64,000 bases of DNA from Squalus acanthias (Eukaryota). The stretch covers positions 122,886,001 through 122,950,000 of the forward strand of contig CM059431.1 in NCBI GenBank assembly GCA_030390025.1, given 5' to 3'. Of this stretch, positions 1-12,862 are shown piece after piece (the first letter of the stretch is position 1; each line of letters opens with the position of its first letter). The translations under genes were made by a program, and so were the position numbers. The notes under the pieces were generated by a model. That model did not search any database and had not been told where the DNA came from. It worked only from the letters and a program-made list of their open reading frames with translations.

Positions 1-543
1 CACATTCCCCTCCCAATCTACACGCTCCGATACAAGGCAAACGCCTCGGGGTTTTTTTTAAAGTTAATTTTAAACGAGAGATGAAGGAAAACCCCGGTTA
101 CCTACTCAAGAATTTTGCCGGTTAAGAGAGATTTCCGGATATTTGGGTGCCGGTTAATAAAGAGTTTCCTGTATCCGGAATTCTCACTTAACCGGCAAAA
201 ATCATCCTCTGAAAACTCCTCTCAAATAACCGGCAATGTTGCCGAGTCGCAGTCGAGTCTCCGCGAACGGCGAGTACTCCGAAAACTCCTCTCAAATAAC
301 CGGCAATGTTGCCGATCCCGAGTCCGCGTCCGCGAACGCCGATTTAGTCAGTAGGGGTAGTTTTCAAAAGTGCCACTACTCGGCCTCCTGGCGCTGTCGG
401 AAGTATACTGCACATTTCTTGATTTATTTATTTTTCTTTGTTAAAAATAGCCTCGGTAGATATAACTCTCCGTTATCCGGTACTTTCGATAAACCGGCAC
501 CACGCCGGTCCCGTCGGTGCCGGTTAATAAAGAGTTTCCTGTA
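1..543. mobile_element. Possible pogo/Tigger-like (Tc1/mariner) non-autonomous element end with internal repeats
   Basis: Ends in GGTGCCGGTTAATAAAGAGTTTCCTG-TA (reverse strand TA-CAGGAAACTC), repeated at ~146-172. Recurrent AACCGGCA motifs and a 70-bp-period direct repeat at 211-245/281-315. Confidence 0.4.
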
Positions 544-544
544 C

Positions 545-1760
545 TCCCTTATCTCCAATCTCCCTTTCCTGTCCAAATTCCATGAACATGTTGTTGCTTC
601 CCAAATACATGCTCATTTTTCCTGCAATTCCATTTAAATCTCTCCAATCAAGTTTCAACCCATGTCACAGCACTGAAACAGTCCTAACCGACATCATAAA
701 TGACTGTTACCGTGGTACATTATCCCTCCTTGTCCTCTGCAGCCTTTGACACTGTTGACTACACCAGCCTCCTCCAACGCCACTCCTCCACCGTCCAGCT
801 CAGTGAGGCTGTCCCTAGTTCCAATCTTACCTATCCAATTGAAGTCACAGCATGTCCAGCAATGGCTTCTATTCACACCCCTGCACTGTTACATCCAGAG
901 TCCCCCAAGGATCTATTCTTGACCCCCTCCTCTTCATCTACATGTTGCTCTCTGGTAACATCAGCAACAGACATGGACACACAGTTCTATCTCTCCTCTA
1001 TTGCCTCAGTATTGTCAGACTGCTTATCCGACACCTAATCTTGGATGAGCCGCAATTTCCTCCAGCTAAACATCAGGAAGACCGAAACATTCGTCTTAAG
1101 CCCAGTACCCTCACCACCGATTCCAACCCCTCTCCGGCCACTATCTCAGGTTAAACCAAACTGTTCCCAAACATGACCTGAGCGGAGCTTTTGATCCTAT
1201 AACCTCTCCATCATAAAGACTGCCTAAGTCCACCTCCATCACATCGCCTGCCTCTACCCCTACCTCAGCCCATCTTCAGCTGATGCCCTTCTCTATCCCT
1301 TTCTCACCTTCAGACTCAAGTATTACAATACTTTCTTATCCCATCCACCATGCTCCATGAACTTCAGCTCATCCAAAACCTGACTGCCCATATCCTATCC
1401 CACACCAAATCCCGATAACCCATTTTTGCTGACCTACATTATCTGCCGGTACCCAAATGCCTCCAATTTAAAATTTTCATCATTGTGCTGAAATCCCTGC
1501 ATGATCTCACCCCTATCGCTGTACCATCCTCCCTATGACCCCTTCAGCCCCAAATTCTCTGTTCCTCTGACTCTGGCCTTTTGTGTTACACCCATTCACC
1601 ACTGGTGACCGTGTCTTCAGCATTCTCAGCCTTATACTCTGGAATTCTCCCCCTAAACCCCATTTCACTTCTCTATCCTCCTTTCAGAACCTCCTTAAAA
1701 TACACCTCTTTGACTAAGCTTTGGTTCACCTCTTCCAATAACTCTTTCATTGGCTGAGCA
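545..1760 (+). mobile_element. Decayed L2-clade LINE (RT region and 3' end)
   Basis: Frameshifted RT motifs HSTET, SAAFDTVD and VPQGSIL. Pyrimidine-rich L2-type 3' end CTTAAAA..CCTCTTTGAC.AAGCTTT at ~1695-1722. Confidence 0.7.
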
Positions 1761-1784
1761 TTCATTTTTGTCAAAATTTAAAAT

Positions 1785-2075
1785 TAATGCTTCAATTTTA
1801 AGATTCCCATCCTTGTTTTCAAATCCCTCCATGGCCTCGCCCCCTCCCTTCCTTCAGCCCTACAAGTCTTTGCGATAGCTGCACTCTTCCAATCCTGGCC
1901 TCTTGCGCATCCCCAAATTCAATCACTCCCCCGTTGGTGGCCCTGCCTTCAGGTGCCTAAGTTTTGGAATTCCTCCCTAAACCTTTCCGCCTCTCTACCT
2001 CTCTCTCCTCCTTTAAGACGCTTCTTAAAACCTACATCTTTGACCAAGCTTTTGGTCATCTGTCCTAATATCTCC
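1785..2075 (+). mobile_element. Second L2 3'-end fragment
   Basis: Repeats the same 3' region (TTTTAAGATTCCCATCCTTGTTTTCAAATCCCTCCATGG ... CTTAAAACCTACATCTTTGACCAAGCTTTTGG). Confidence 0.6.
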
Positions 2076-2079
2076 TTAT

Positions 2080-3536
2080 GTGTTCTCCGATGACTCCCTC
2101 CATATGCTTACGGAGGGAATGAGAGCACGCAGGGAGGTCCTCTTCCCTTCTAATAGGCGCAAGAGAACTCCCCAGGAGACAAAAAGAGCCTGGTTCCAAA
2201 TAGCAGAGGAGTTCAACAGCAGGGATGTGGTCAGGAGGACCTGGGTGCAGTGCTGGAAACTTTTCAATGATCTCATTAGATCAGGAAAGGTGAGTGCAAA
2301 GCCACACTCAACTTCATCCTGCTGTGTCTCTCATCACATCCCCATCACTCTGCCTTCCCAACCCTACTCCTGCACATCCTTACCCACACCAACATACCTT
2401 GCACACCCAGCCATCCCTCTATCTCTATCTACATTATCACATCCCCATCTGAATAGCCACCCTTCACACTCACCCTCATCCTAATGCAATCATACCAACT
2501 AACAACACAAGGAGGCCACTTGGCATTGCCACCCCAGTCTCCCTCTACAGATGCAACCCATCCATTCCTTACACTCATTCCATCACTCTCACTCAACCTT
2601 CTCTTCTTTCCCTCCTCAAGAAAAGAGAGCCCACAATGAGAGGGAGGGAACCGGAGCTGGCACTCCATCATTGGCCAACCTAACATCAGCAGAGGAGGCT
2701 GCCTTGGACGTCTCTGGAGTCGCCGAGCAGCTGGAGGTGGGAGACAGAGAGAGGAGGACATCTCCACAACCCGGTGACAGAATTACATATCATACAGCTA
2801 CATGGCATACAACAGTCACCCATATGGGGCTAATGTCAGCAGCCAGTGAATGTTCATCATGAGCATAATGGTATCTGTACCCATTCTCCATATGATATAT
2901 CTAACTCATCTCTTTACTCTCCCACAGGTCCATCAAGAGCCCCCCCTCACTGTGCAGGAGGAAGAGGAAGATGATTCCTCAGAGCAGCCTCCAGCCTCTG
3001 AGGGCGCACCATCACCAGACATGAGCGCACCCAGCATCAGCGCAGATACGCACACCTCGGTGGGTCCTACGCGAGAGAGAGTAGTGTTGCCACCTGGTGT
3101 GTCACAATTCGCAAGTGAGCAAGAGCAGATGGTGGAGACAGGGACAGCAGTGAAGGCTCCTCGCCGGAGGGTGCAGGACGCTCCCAGCTCTGCTCACCTT
3201 CATGCAGAAGCTGAGCCTCAGGGGCCATCGAGAAAGAGGGCGATTCTGGAGGTGCAGCAAGAAGTGCAGGAGGCTCTGACAGGTTTTGCGACCGTGATGT
3301 TTGCAAATGTCCAGAGAATGGAGGAGTCCATCTCCAACGTGAGCATCACTATGTCACAAGCGATGCCGACTGTAGGCTCTTCCATGGAAAGGATGGCCAC
3401 CTGCATGGAGCGCCACTCACAGGAGCACATGGTCTCTATGGAGAATAGATGGCTATCTATACAGAATAGATGGCAGAGGCTCATAGACGTCCTCTCTAGA
3501 TGGGATATCAATGTAGTAGTGGGTCCTCCTTGCTAG
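2080..3536 (+). pseudogene. Harbinger Myb/SANT-like (MSANTD-type) DNA-binding protein, 3 exons, 5'-truncated
   Basis: FSDDSL..W..IAEE..RTWVQC..FNDL motif. Donor at 2290, exon 2 EKRAHN (acceptor mutated to CAA), exon 3 from 2928. Collinear with the copy at 32395. Confidence 0.8.
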
Positions 3537-3631
3537 CCGGAAAGTGCTGGTGGCCCATGACAGTGATGATGATGGTGAAAGGGGACATGGAAGTAGGGGC
3601 TCCTCTCAAAGCGCTCACACTTCTCCCGCAT

Positions 3632-6460
3632 ATTCATAGTCATAATTTTTAGACAATGTCCAAAACTCCTCCATCACCATCCCTGGGTACGTCCTGTCCC
3701 TCCAGCAGGACAGACCCACCAGGGTGGCGGCACAGTGGTATACAGTAAGGAAAGAGTGGCCCTGGGAGACCTCAACATTGACTCCAGACCCCATGAAGTC
3801 TCATGGCTTCAGGTCAAGCATGAGCAAGGAAACCTCCTGCTGATTACCACCTACCGCCCTCCCTCAGCTGATGAATCAGTACTCCTCCATGATGAACAGC
3901 ACTTGGAAAAAGCACTGAGTGTAGCAAGGGCACAGAATGTACTCTGTGTGAGGGACTTCAATGTCCATCACCAAGAGTGGCTCGTTAGCACCACTACTGA
4001 CCGAGCTGGCCGAGTCCTGAAGGACATAGCTGCCAGTCTGGGCCTGTGACAGGTAGTGAGAGAACCAACACGAGGGAAAAACCTACTTGACCTCGACCTC
4101 ACCAATCTACCTGTCGCAGATGCATTTGTCCATAACAGTCTTGGTAGCAGTGACCACCGCAAAGTCCTTGTGGAGACGCAGTCCCATCTTCACACTGAGG
4201 ACACCCACCATCGTGTTGTGTGGCACTACCACCTTGCTGAATGGGATAGATTCAGAACAGATCTAGCAGCTCAAAACTGGGCATCCATGAGGCGCTGTGG
4301 GCCATCAGCAGCAACAGGATTGTACTCCACCACAAACTGTAACCTCATGGCCCGGAATATCCCTCACTCTACCATTACCATCAAGCCAGGGGACCAACCC
4401 TGGTTCAATAACGAGTGTAGAAGAGCATGCCAGGAGCAGCACCAGGCATACCTTAAAATGCGGTGCCAACCTGGGGAAGCTGCAACACAGGACTACATGC
4501 ATGCTAACAAGCGGAAGCAGCATGCTATAGACAGGGCTAAGCGATCCCACAATCAACGGATCAGATCAAAGCTCTGCAGTCCTGCAACATACAGTCGTGA
4601 ATGGTGGTGGACCATTAAACAACTAACGGAAGGAGGAGGATCCATGAATATCCCCATCCTCAATGATGGTGGAGCCCAGCACGTGAGTGCAAAAGACAAG
4701 GCTGAAGCATTTGCAACCATCTTCAGCCAGAAGTGTCGAGTGGATGATCCATATCGGCCTACTCCTGAGGTCCCACCATCACAGAAGCCAGTCTTCAGCC
4801 AATTCGATTCACTCCACGTGATATCAAGAAACTGCTGAGCTCACTGGAAACAGCAAAGTCTATGGGCCCCGACAACATCCTGGCTATCGTGCTGAAGACT
4901 TGTGCTCCAGAACTGGCCGCGCCTCTAGCCAAGCTGTTCCAGTACAGCTACAACACTAGCATCTATCCGACAATGTGGAAAGCTGCCCAGGTATGTCCTG
5001 TCCACAAAATGCAGGACAAATCCAATCCGGTCAATTACTGCCTCATCAGTCTACTCTCAATCATCAGCAAAGTGATGGAAGGTGTCATCGACAGTGCTGT
5101 CAAGCGTCACTTACTCACCAATAACCTACTCACTGATGCCCAGTTTGGGTTCCGCCAAGACCACTCGGCTCCCGACCTCATTACAGCCTTGGTCCAAACA
5201 TGGACAAAGGAGCTGAATTCCAGAGGTGAGGTGAGAGTGACTGCCCTTGGCATCAAGGCAGCATTTGACTGAATGTGGCATCAAGGAGCCCCAGTAAAAC
5301 TGAAGTCAATGGGAATCGGGGGAAAAACTCTCCACTGGATGTAGTGATACCTAATACAAAGGAAGATGGTTGTGGTGGGTGGAGGTCAATCATCACAGCC
5401 CCAGGACATCGCTGCAGGAATTCCTCAGGGCAGTGTCCTAGGCCCAACCATCTTGAGCTGCTTCATCCCTCTAACATAAGGTCAAAAATGATGATGTTCG
5501 CTGATGACTGCACAGTGTTCAGTGCCATTCACAACTCCTCAGATAATGAAGCAGTCCATGCCCGCATGCAACAAGACCTGGACGACGTTTAGGCTTGGGC
5601 TGATAAGTGGCAGGTAACATTCGCGCCACACAAGTGCCAGGCAATGACTATTTCTAACAAGCGAGAGTCTAACCACCGCATTACCATCACCGAATCCCCC
5701 ACCATCAACATCCTGGGGATCACCATTGACCAGAAACTTAACTGGAGCAACCGCATAAATACTGTGGAACAAGAGCAGATCAGAAGCTAGGTATTCTGTG
5801 GCAAGTGTCTCAACTCCTGACTCCCCAAAGCCTTTCCACCATCTACAAGACACAAGTAAGGAGTGTGATGGAATACTCTCCACTTGCCTGGATGAGTGCA
5901 GCTCCAACAACACTCAAGAAGCTCAACACCATCCAGGACAAAGCAGCCCGTTTGATTGGCACCCCATCCACCACCTTAAACATTCACTCCCTCCACCACC
6001 GGCATACCATGGCTGCAGTGTGTACCATCTACAAGATGCACCGTAGCAACTCGCCAAGGCTTCTTCAGCAGCACCTCCCAAACCTGTGACCTCTTCCATC
6101 TAGAAGGACAAGGGCAGCAGGCGCATGGGAACACCACCACCTCCAAGTTCCCCTCCAAGTCACACATCTTCCTGACCTCAACATCAAGGCAGCATTTGAC
6201 TGAGTGTGGCATCAAGGAGCCCTAGTAAAACTGAAGTCAATGGGAATCGGGGGGGGGAAAACTCTCCACTCTCCTTCATCGTCACTGGGTCAAAATCCTG
6301 GAACTCCCTCCCTAACAGCACTGTGGGAGTACCTTCACCACACGGACTGCAGCGGTTCAAGAAGGTGGCTCACCACCACCTTCTCAAGGGCAATTAGGAA
6401 TGGGCAATAAATGCTGGCCTTGCCAGCGACGCCCACATCCCATGAATGGATAAAAAAAAA
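3632..6460 (+). mobile_element. 5'-truncated CR1-superclade LINE ORF2 (APE endonuclease + RT), decayed
   Basis: YRPP, DFNVHH, SDH endonuclease motifs. GPD..LK.CAPEL, QFGFR, AAFD, FADD RT motifs. 3' tail GCCAGCGACGCCCACATCCC followed by A-rich end. Confidence 0.9.
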
Positions 6461-6859
6461 TATCCCTGGAAGGAGCTTGATGTGAACATGTTGAGGACAC
6501 TGGGGACTTTGATAGCCACTGATAAGGCATGTCCACCCGCTCCTCTGGACTGCAGTTCTTCCACCAGCAATGTTCAAATGTCTGCAACGACCTGGCGTGA
6601 TAGCCTGCACCTCCTTGGCACTGCTGCTGCATCAGGTTGAGGAAGCTCATCCTCTGCCTGTATACCCTGTGTTGGGGGTATCGCCTCCGGCACAGTGCAG
6701 CCCTGCGCTGATGCCCTCTGTCCTGTGCAGCATCAGGTGGTTGAGGAGAAGGTTGGTGGTATTTTTTTGGTGCTGCTGGTGTGCCTGGTGCTGCTGGTGT
6801 TGGGGCTCATCGTAGTCTGATTCTGAGGACCAAGGTGAGACAGTATAAATGGCACCCAT
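6461..6859 (-). pseudogene. Harbinger transposase N-terminal fragment
   Basis: MGAIY..WSSES..poly-Q/H start, homologous to the 35867 ORF. Continues through MSFLNL..QQC to GSFQG-like codons. Confidence 0.75.
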
Positions 6860-7407
6860 GCTGATATAATAGATGGCAGGTCAAGTAGAGATGCCAGAAG
6901 CAATCTGTCAATGGTGTTATAGGTTCTACCAATGAGGTGACACTCGATGCCGATGTTGTTGGAAACACTTGCAACCTCTAGCTAAATCTGTGCTGACAAT
7001 GCAATCAGCAACAGCATCTGCCTTATGAAAGTGATCAGCTGTGAGGTGGCAGTTTTTATTGTACCTTTCATGTTGTGCACTAATGAGCTGGATCAATGGC
7101 CACTCAACTTCGACCTCAAGTTCACAGACGTGGTTCCCAAGCTGGGTGATTCCCGTGCTCATCCAGGAAAATTTGAAAGGTAAGCTGAAAAAGGCTCTTA
7201 AGTGTCTGACAAATACCTCATAATGATTTAAATTACCTCACCCGCCTCTGCCGTTTGGGTCGCTGCCCTGCAGGCAAACGCACCCGAGGGAAAGGCGCGT
7301 GGAGGTGGGATGATGGCAGGTTCCCAACCTGCTGCAAGATAATTGAAATTTCCCACCCGACCCACCTCCCATCGCGCCCGCACGGACCCCTGAAAATTCC
7401 AGCCTAA

Positions 7408-8700
7408 GTACTGGGAAAAACCAGAATTAAGCAGGGCCAATCAGCACAGATTTCTAAAAGGCAAGCTATGCTTAACCAATCTTATAGAATTCTTTGAAGA
7501 AATAAACACAGAGAATTTTCAAAAAGCATTTGATAAAGTACCATGTAAGAGACTTCTGGATAAGAAAATGGCATATGCAATTAAGGAGAATGTGGCCACA
7601 TGGATAGACAGATGGTTGTAGGGCAGAAAGCAAAGATTAGAGGAGTCAAAAGGTGTAGTGAATGGTGTTCCATGAGAGTTTACTTTGCTGCCTCTCTAAT
7701 TTATTATATACATAAGTAATTCATACTTAAGGATTAAGGGAACAATACTGAAATTTGCTGATGACACCAAATTGGACATGATGACAAATCGTGATGAGGA
7801 GTGTGAAAGATTGCAACAGGACATAGATAGACTCGTGGAATGGGAAGATAGGTGGCAGATGCAGCTCAGTAAGAGAAGTGTGCAGTGAAACATTTTGGAA
7901 GTAATACTAAAGAAAGGAAAAACATCGTGCGGTGGTGGGGGGGGGGAGATATTTAACTCACCGCCATTTTGAAAATTCAATTTTCATGGGTTGAAAATGG
8001 AATGGAGAGTGGGTGGGGGGAGACACCTCAGCTGTGCCATTGATGCCCAAGTCCTAGCTGATCCAATATCCAGGTGGGCCTGCAAATGGACGAGCAGCCT
8101 GCACCTAGGAAATAGGTGGAAGGCTGCTTCTCCATACAAATTGGGGTCCTATGACAGATGAAGGACCCCGATGCAAAATTCAGCTGCAAATGGGCGGAGC
8201 TTGCGTGTCACAAACTTTTTTCAAAGTTATATTCTTGTGGAGCCAGAAGGAGCAGAATCTACTTAGGGCCGACTCATCGTTGGAGCTGTCCGAAATTCAT
8301 CCACCACCAGCATGTTACATCGCAACAACTGTTTGGTACCTGCAGATCACTGTTTCTATTCAAATAAGCCTGATGCTAAATTTGAATTTAAGTAGTAAAT
8401 AGAGTAGAGGAGCAGAGGAATCCCAGTGTGCAGTTACAAATAAATAAGGCCATAAAATAGACAAATGAAGTCCTTGAATTTGTATCTACAACTCCAGAAT
8501 ACAAAGATAAGGAGGCAATGGTATACTTATACAAAACCACAGTTATGTAGCAGTTGGATTATTATGCACAGTTTTGGGAACTCCACTACAGAAAGGGTAT
8601 AAACATAAAGCAAAAGATGCAACGAGGATTCACTACAATGTTATTAGAGAGGAGAGGTCATAGTTGTGAGAAGGCACTTAGGAAATTAAAGCTTTTTCCA
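7408..8700 (+). mobile_element. Heavily decayed CR1 RT fragment with a probable internal insertion (~7925-8400)
   Basis: [40 protein letters not shown] and YYAQFW motifs. Confidence 0.7.
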
Positions 8701-9220
8701 GCTGATAGATTTAATCATAAAATTATTTATTTAATATTAGAAATGCCTGCAAGAAATCTCCTCAGACAGGGCTGCCCTTCTGTCCCGAGCATCATGTCTG
8801 AGTTGGCAATTCCTTGCTGGCTGTTGGTTTCTAGCTACTGTTTGCCTGTTTATCTATGAGTGAGAAAGAGCGCGAGAGCCAGAGTGAGAGATGAATTGCT
8901 GGAGTTGTGGTTTTCACCTTGCTCACATGGTACTCTAATACCCAGAGCACAACACAACAGCTGAGCTGAAAAGGAGCAGGGAGTTCTAGCTCCTGTGGAG
9001 AAATTCTGCGTGTGAGTGATCATCAAGGGAGTTGCAGTTGTCATTCTGATTCTACAGAACTAACAATACTCAGATTTACTGCAACAAGCAGGTAGAACAT
9101 GAACAAACAAGAAGAGACAAACAAACCTTCAAAAATAGAAAAAGCGCTGGATCAGTGCTAGGCTCACAGCTTCCCTAAGAAGTATAAATGAACTGTGGGA
9201 GGGACAGCAAAACATAATTT

Positions 9221-9350
9221 GGGCCAGAAATTCGGCTCTTGTCGGGTGAGTACGCGCTGTGTACTCACCCGTAAGGCCACCTAAAGTGCCGGTTTCCTGC
9301 ATGCACTGCACATGCGCGGGAAACCGGAACTTCCGTTCCCCTGAAGGGAG
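9221..9350. mobile_element. Harbinger-type MITE end fragment
   Basis: TIR-like GGGCCAGAAATTCGG followed by hairpins CGGGTGAGTACGC/GTGTACTCACCCG and CCGGTTTCC/GGAAACCGG. No partner end found. Confidence 0.4.
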
Positions 9351-9522
9351 GGGTTCTATAAGTATAATACAGCAAATATATACACAATTAAACATCTAGG
9401 GCTAGAAATTCGTTATAGCCAAGAAATGGGCGGTGTAAGTAGAAAAGTTGAAGAATTAACACCAGGCGCTAATGCTTTAGACTGCACGCAAAATTCATGT
9501 TCACTGCTCACAAAAATACTTG

Positions 9523-10295
9523 GGGGGAAAAATTCAGCTGCTTGCGCCTCCCGTTAGCGCCTTAAGAGGGCGCTAATGGGGCGTAAAGCAGCTAACGCCC
9601 GGGCGCAGCGCCGCCCACGCCTCCCGAAAAATTCAGCGGGAGGTTAGCGGCGGCGGCAGCCGGTAGCGCCCTGTGGCGCTGCGCCGCCGGCGATGACGTC
9701 ATCGCCGTGCGCAGCACCCCGCTCGCGCCCCGGCCGTGATCTTCAGTCGCGCCCCCTGATTTACCGCCAGACGCTATGTCCGACGGGTTCAGGGAGGCGT
9801 ACGTGCGGCCGGAGCGGCGATATTTAAAGGGGAGGTGGCAGGCGGCCATTTTTGTTGCTGGCCGCCTGCCAGCACCTGCCCCCGTTGCTGTCCCTGGCCC
9901 CCGTGAAGCCCCCCCACCGTGAAGTGCCGGCTGCGCTCCAAGAGCCCGGCACTTCTCTTGAGTGCCGGGCTCTTTAGCCGGCACTCCCGATCCCTGGGGG
10001 CCCAGCTGGGCCCCGGTTCGCGCTGCGCAGGGTCCCTCCCCTTTAAGAAGGGGAGGAAGGCCTGCAATACCGCGGCGCGACGTGCCGCAGCGCGTGGCGC
10101 TGCGGCACGTAGCGCCAGGATATTCCCTCGCAGCGCCCCAAGAGGGATGCGGGGTGCTTCAAGTGGCGCCCCGCTTCCCTCTTGGGGCGCAACCACTGAA
10201 GTTCCGGCGCGGGGCCGCTAATTTTTTCGGGGCGCTAAAAGTCGCACCCCGGCGAGGTTGGCGCCCCAAATGGGGCGCGACTCAATTTTTACCCC
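9523..10295. mobile_element. Non-autonomous Harbinger (MITE), 773 bp
   Basis: TIRs GGGGGAAAAATTCAG and GGGGTAAAAATTGAG (13/15), TSD TTG/TTG, many GGCGC/GCGCC motifs. Confidence 0.85.
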
Positions 10296-10676
10296 TTGGA
10301 GTCCTAATTCAAGTCTTAGGGGGAAAAATTAGGTCGCGCCCCATTTGGCGTGCAAATATCGTCTGGACGCAAAAATTAGCGCCTGGCGCTAATTATCGCC
10401 ACTGACTGGAAACTTCACTTTTACCGCCCCGGGAGGTGAGTGGAGCGCTAAATCAGGTGCTGCACACCTGTCTTAAGGCGCAAAGGCCGAGCAGTGAGGC
10501 GCTAACTCAGCGCGCGAGCGCAGCGCAGGTGCTGCCAGTTAGCGAGGGAACACAGACACACTGGCAACGGCCAGTTCTTAAAGGGGGGGGGCCAACTTGC
10601 TCCCCAGCCACACCCTGCTCATTGCAGCCTTGAATCTCGGCCTGGAGAGACCTGTGAATCCATTTTGCAGCCAAGG

Positions 10677-12550
10677 ATGGAGAGGGTGAGAGAACGAGCT
10701 CAGCGCTTCACCGAGCGGGCCTTGGATGCTCTGGTTGGCGCGGTGGAGCGCAGAAGATCTATACTCTTCCCTGAGAGTGGCAGGAGGCCTTTGCCACGCG
10801 AGTACAGAAGAGTGTGGAGGGAGGTGGCTCAGAGCATCTCCTCCAGGAGCATGGTGCCCAGGACCCATGTTCAATGCCGCAAAAAGTTCAACGACCTCAC
10901 TCGGGTCGTCAGGGTGAGTGGCTTTTTCTCAATACCTCTCCATCCCTCCATCTCAACCTCACTCTATGGCCAGAGGGTCTTAAAACCCCAATGCACAACA
11001 CTCATCCAACACCTATGGCCCTTTCATGAAACACACACACACATTCCACACTTTGCATACAGTAAGGGCTATTCACCTATGGGAGGCACATCAGGCAAGA
11101 CCATGGCTGTATACATTAAGGGCTATTCACCTATAGGAGGCACATCAGGCAAGACCATGGCTGTATACAGTAAGGGCTATTCACCTATGGGAGGCACATC
11201 AGGCAAGACCATGGCTGTATATTTACTCAGATGCTGTCCTTTTTCTTGCAGGCCAAGCTGGCGCATAATAGGAGACAGCAGCAACGGACAGGTGGAGGGC
11301 GGCCTCAGCTGCAACCCCTCAGCGATCTTGAGGAGCGCGTCCACAGGATTGTGGCAAGCCGGGTGATCGGTCCCGTTGCCACTGGAGACGCCGACCCCGT
11401 TCTGGACAGCAATGGTAAGGTCATCACCTTTTTGTCCTCTGTCCTTCCACTTGTCCCTCACAACACCAGCCTTTGACACTTTCAATCCAACTTGCTAACT
11501 CGCTGCACTTATACCTCCCTTACTGCCACCCTGTCCTCACGCTAAAGCCACTCTTGTACCTCCCTGCTTTCAGATGGTGATTCACCAGCTGAGGAGACGG
11601 GCCCTGAAGCTGCCAGTGGGAGTGAAGCTGCAGCCGAGGAGGAAGAGGAAGCCGGAGCATCAGTGCCACCCTCTCCCGAGGAAGCCCATGCCCACACTGG
11701 GAACACGCCTTCCCTGGAGGGGAGCAGGGGGGAAGGGTCTGATGAGGGTGAAGCTCCAGGACCCAGCGGGCTGCAGCAACACCATGGGGGTAGGGAAGGA
11801 CGGGGGCCTTCTCCCCAGAGGGAGAGTATGCCAGCGACTCCTACTGCAATGGACGCAGAGGAGGAGCGGCTGATCGCAGAAATGAACACCCAGGTGGTGG
11901 GCATGCACACTGAGCTCATGGGTGCAGTGGGAAGGGTGCCCGAATGCATTGAGTCACTGGCAAGGAGTGTGGAGCACTTCGCTGTAGCACAGGCGGATGC
12001 CACACTAATGCTTAGTGCTGCAATTCAGTCACTGACTGCCGTGATCCCATCTCTGACTGCTCTCATGCAGACTCAGATTGAGGCCACGCGAGCACTGACT
12101 GCTGCCAACCTCGATGGTTTGTTCACATGTCCCCGGGGCTCTCACCGCGCCGCAGCAGGCCAGCAATCTGTGCTCCAGCAGATTGCTCCAGATGCTGAAG
12201 TGCTGCCCCGTGGGAGTGCCAGTGTGTCGGTCGAGCAGGGAGTTGCTGTCCTCTCTCACGATGACAGCATTCCTGCTGCCAACACTGTCACTTCTCCACT
12301 GCACTTGCCACCGCCTGTAGGACAGACTGCTGCCGCCCATGCAGAGTTGGTGCAGTCTGCAGCCGGGCCCTCCAGGCCCAGAACTGGTCGAGGCCGTCCT
12401 TCAGGGGCATCTGCAGTGTCAGGGTCTGACAATCAGCAGCCTTCCACCAGCCTTGCTGCAGCCACTGAGGTCCCATTACGGAGGAGCAGTAGGGTTAGAA
12501 GGGGGGAAGTGCGCAAGGGAAGGAGATCACCCTCGAAGGGCAAAAAGTAG
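10677..12550 (+). CDS. Harbinger Myb/SANT-like DNA-binding protein, intact spliced ORF of 458 aa (exons 10677-10913, 11252-11414, 11574-12550)
   Basis: GT-AG introns with strong signals (GTGAGT/TTGCAG, GTAAGG/TTTCAG) whose phases 0 and 1 join into one open frame. RF.....AL..W.EVA..RT..QCRKKFNDL domain, acidic linker, helical region, basic C-terminus. Confidence 0.85.
11058..11220 (+). repeat. 3 x 54-bp tandem repeat in intron 1 of the Myb gene
   Basis: TAAGGGCTATTCACCTAT at 11063, 11117 and 11171. Confidence 0.95.
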
Positions 12551-12862
12551 GAGGTGTGACAAAATGCTGGTCATTTTTTTATTAAAGGCCGAGGTTCGTG
12601 GTCCAACTTTTGTCTAGTGTTTTGGACATTATCTCCAGGTTGTGAGAACCAGTTATGTTAATGACTGTTTTTTTGTGTTTATTTCTATGAGTTTGTCATG
12701 AGGAAATGACACACACAGAGTTTGTAAAATAAATAAGTTTTTGTATTCAAAATATACATGTTTGGTGTTTGGAATCATTGGTGCCTTGGCTGGCTTAGGG
12801 GTTGCGTGCTGGGTTCATTGATGTTGTTAGCAATGGCAGAAGCCATTTCCACAGCAGGGGCC

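Larger units (their letters stand above)
2080..7404 (+). mobile_element. Harbinger relic H1 (left end lost, centre replaced by a LINE)
   Basis: Myb-like gene remnants on +, transposase N-terminus on -, and a TIR-like end GAAAATTCCAGCC followed by TAA at 7405. Confidence 0.7.

Noticed and set aside
9592..10405. Ala/Arg/Gly-rich ORFs and CpG-island-like promoter
   Set aside because: Explained by the GC-rich MITE bounded by TIRs and a TSD.
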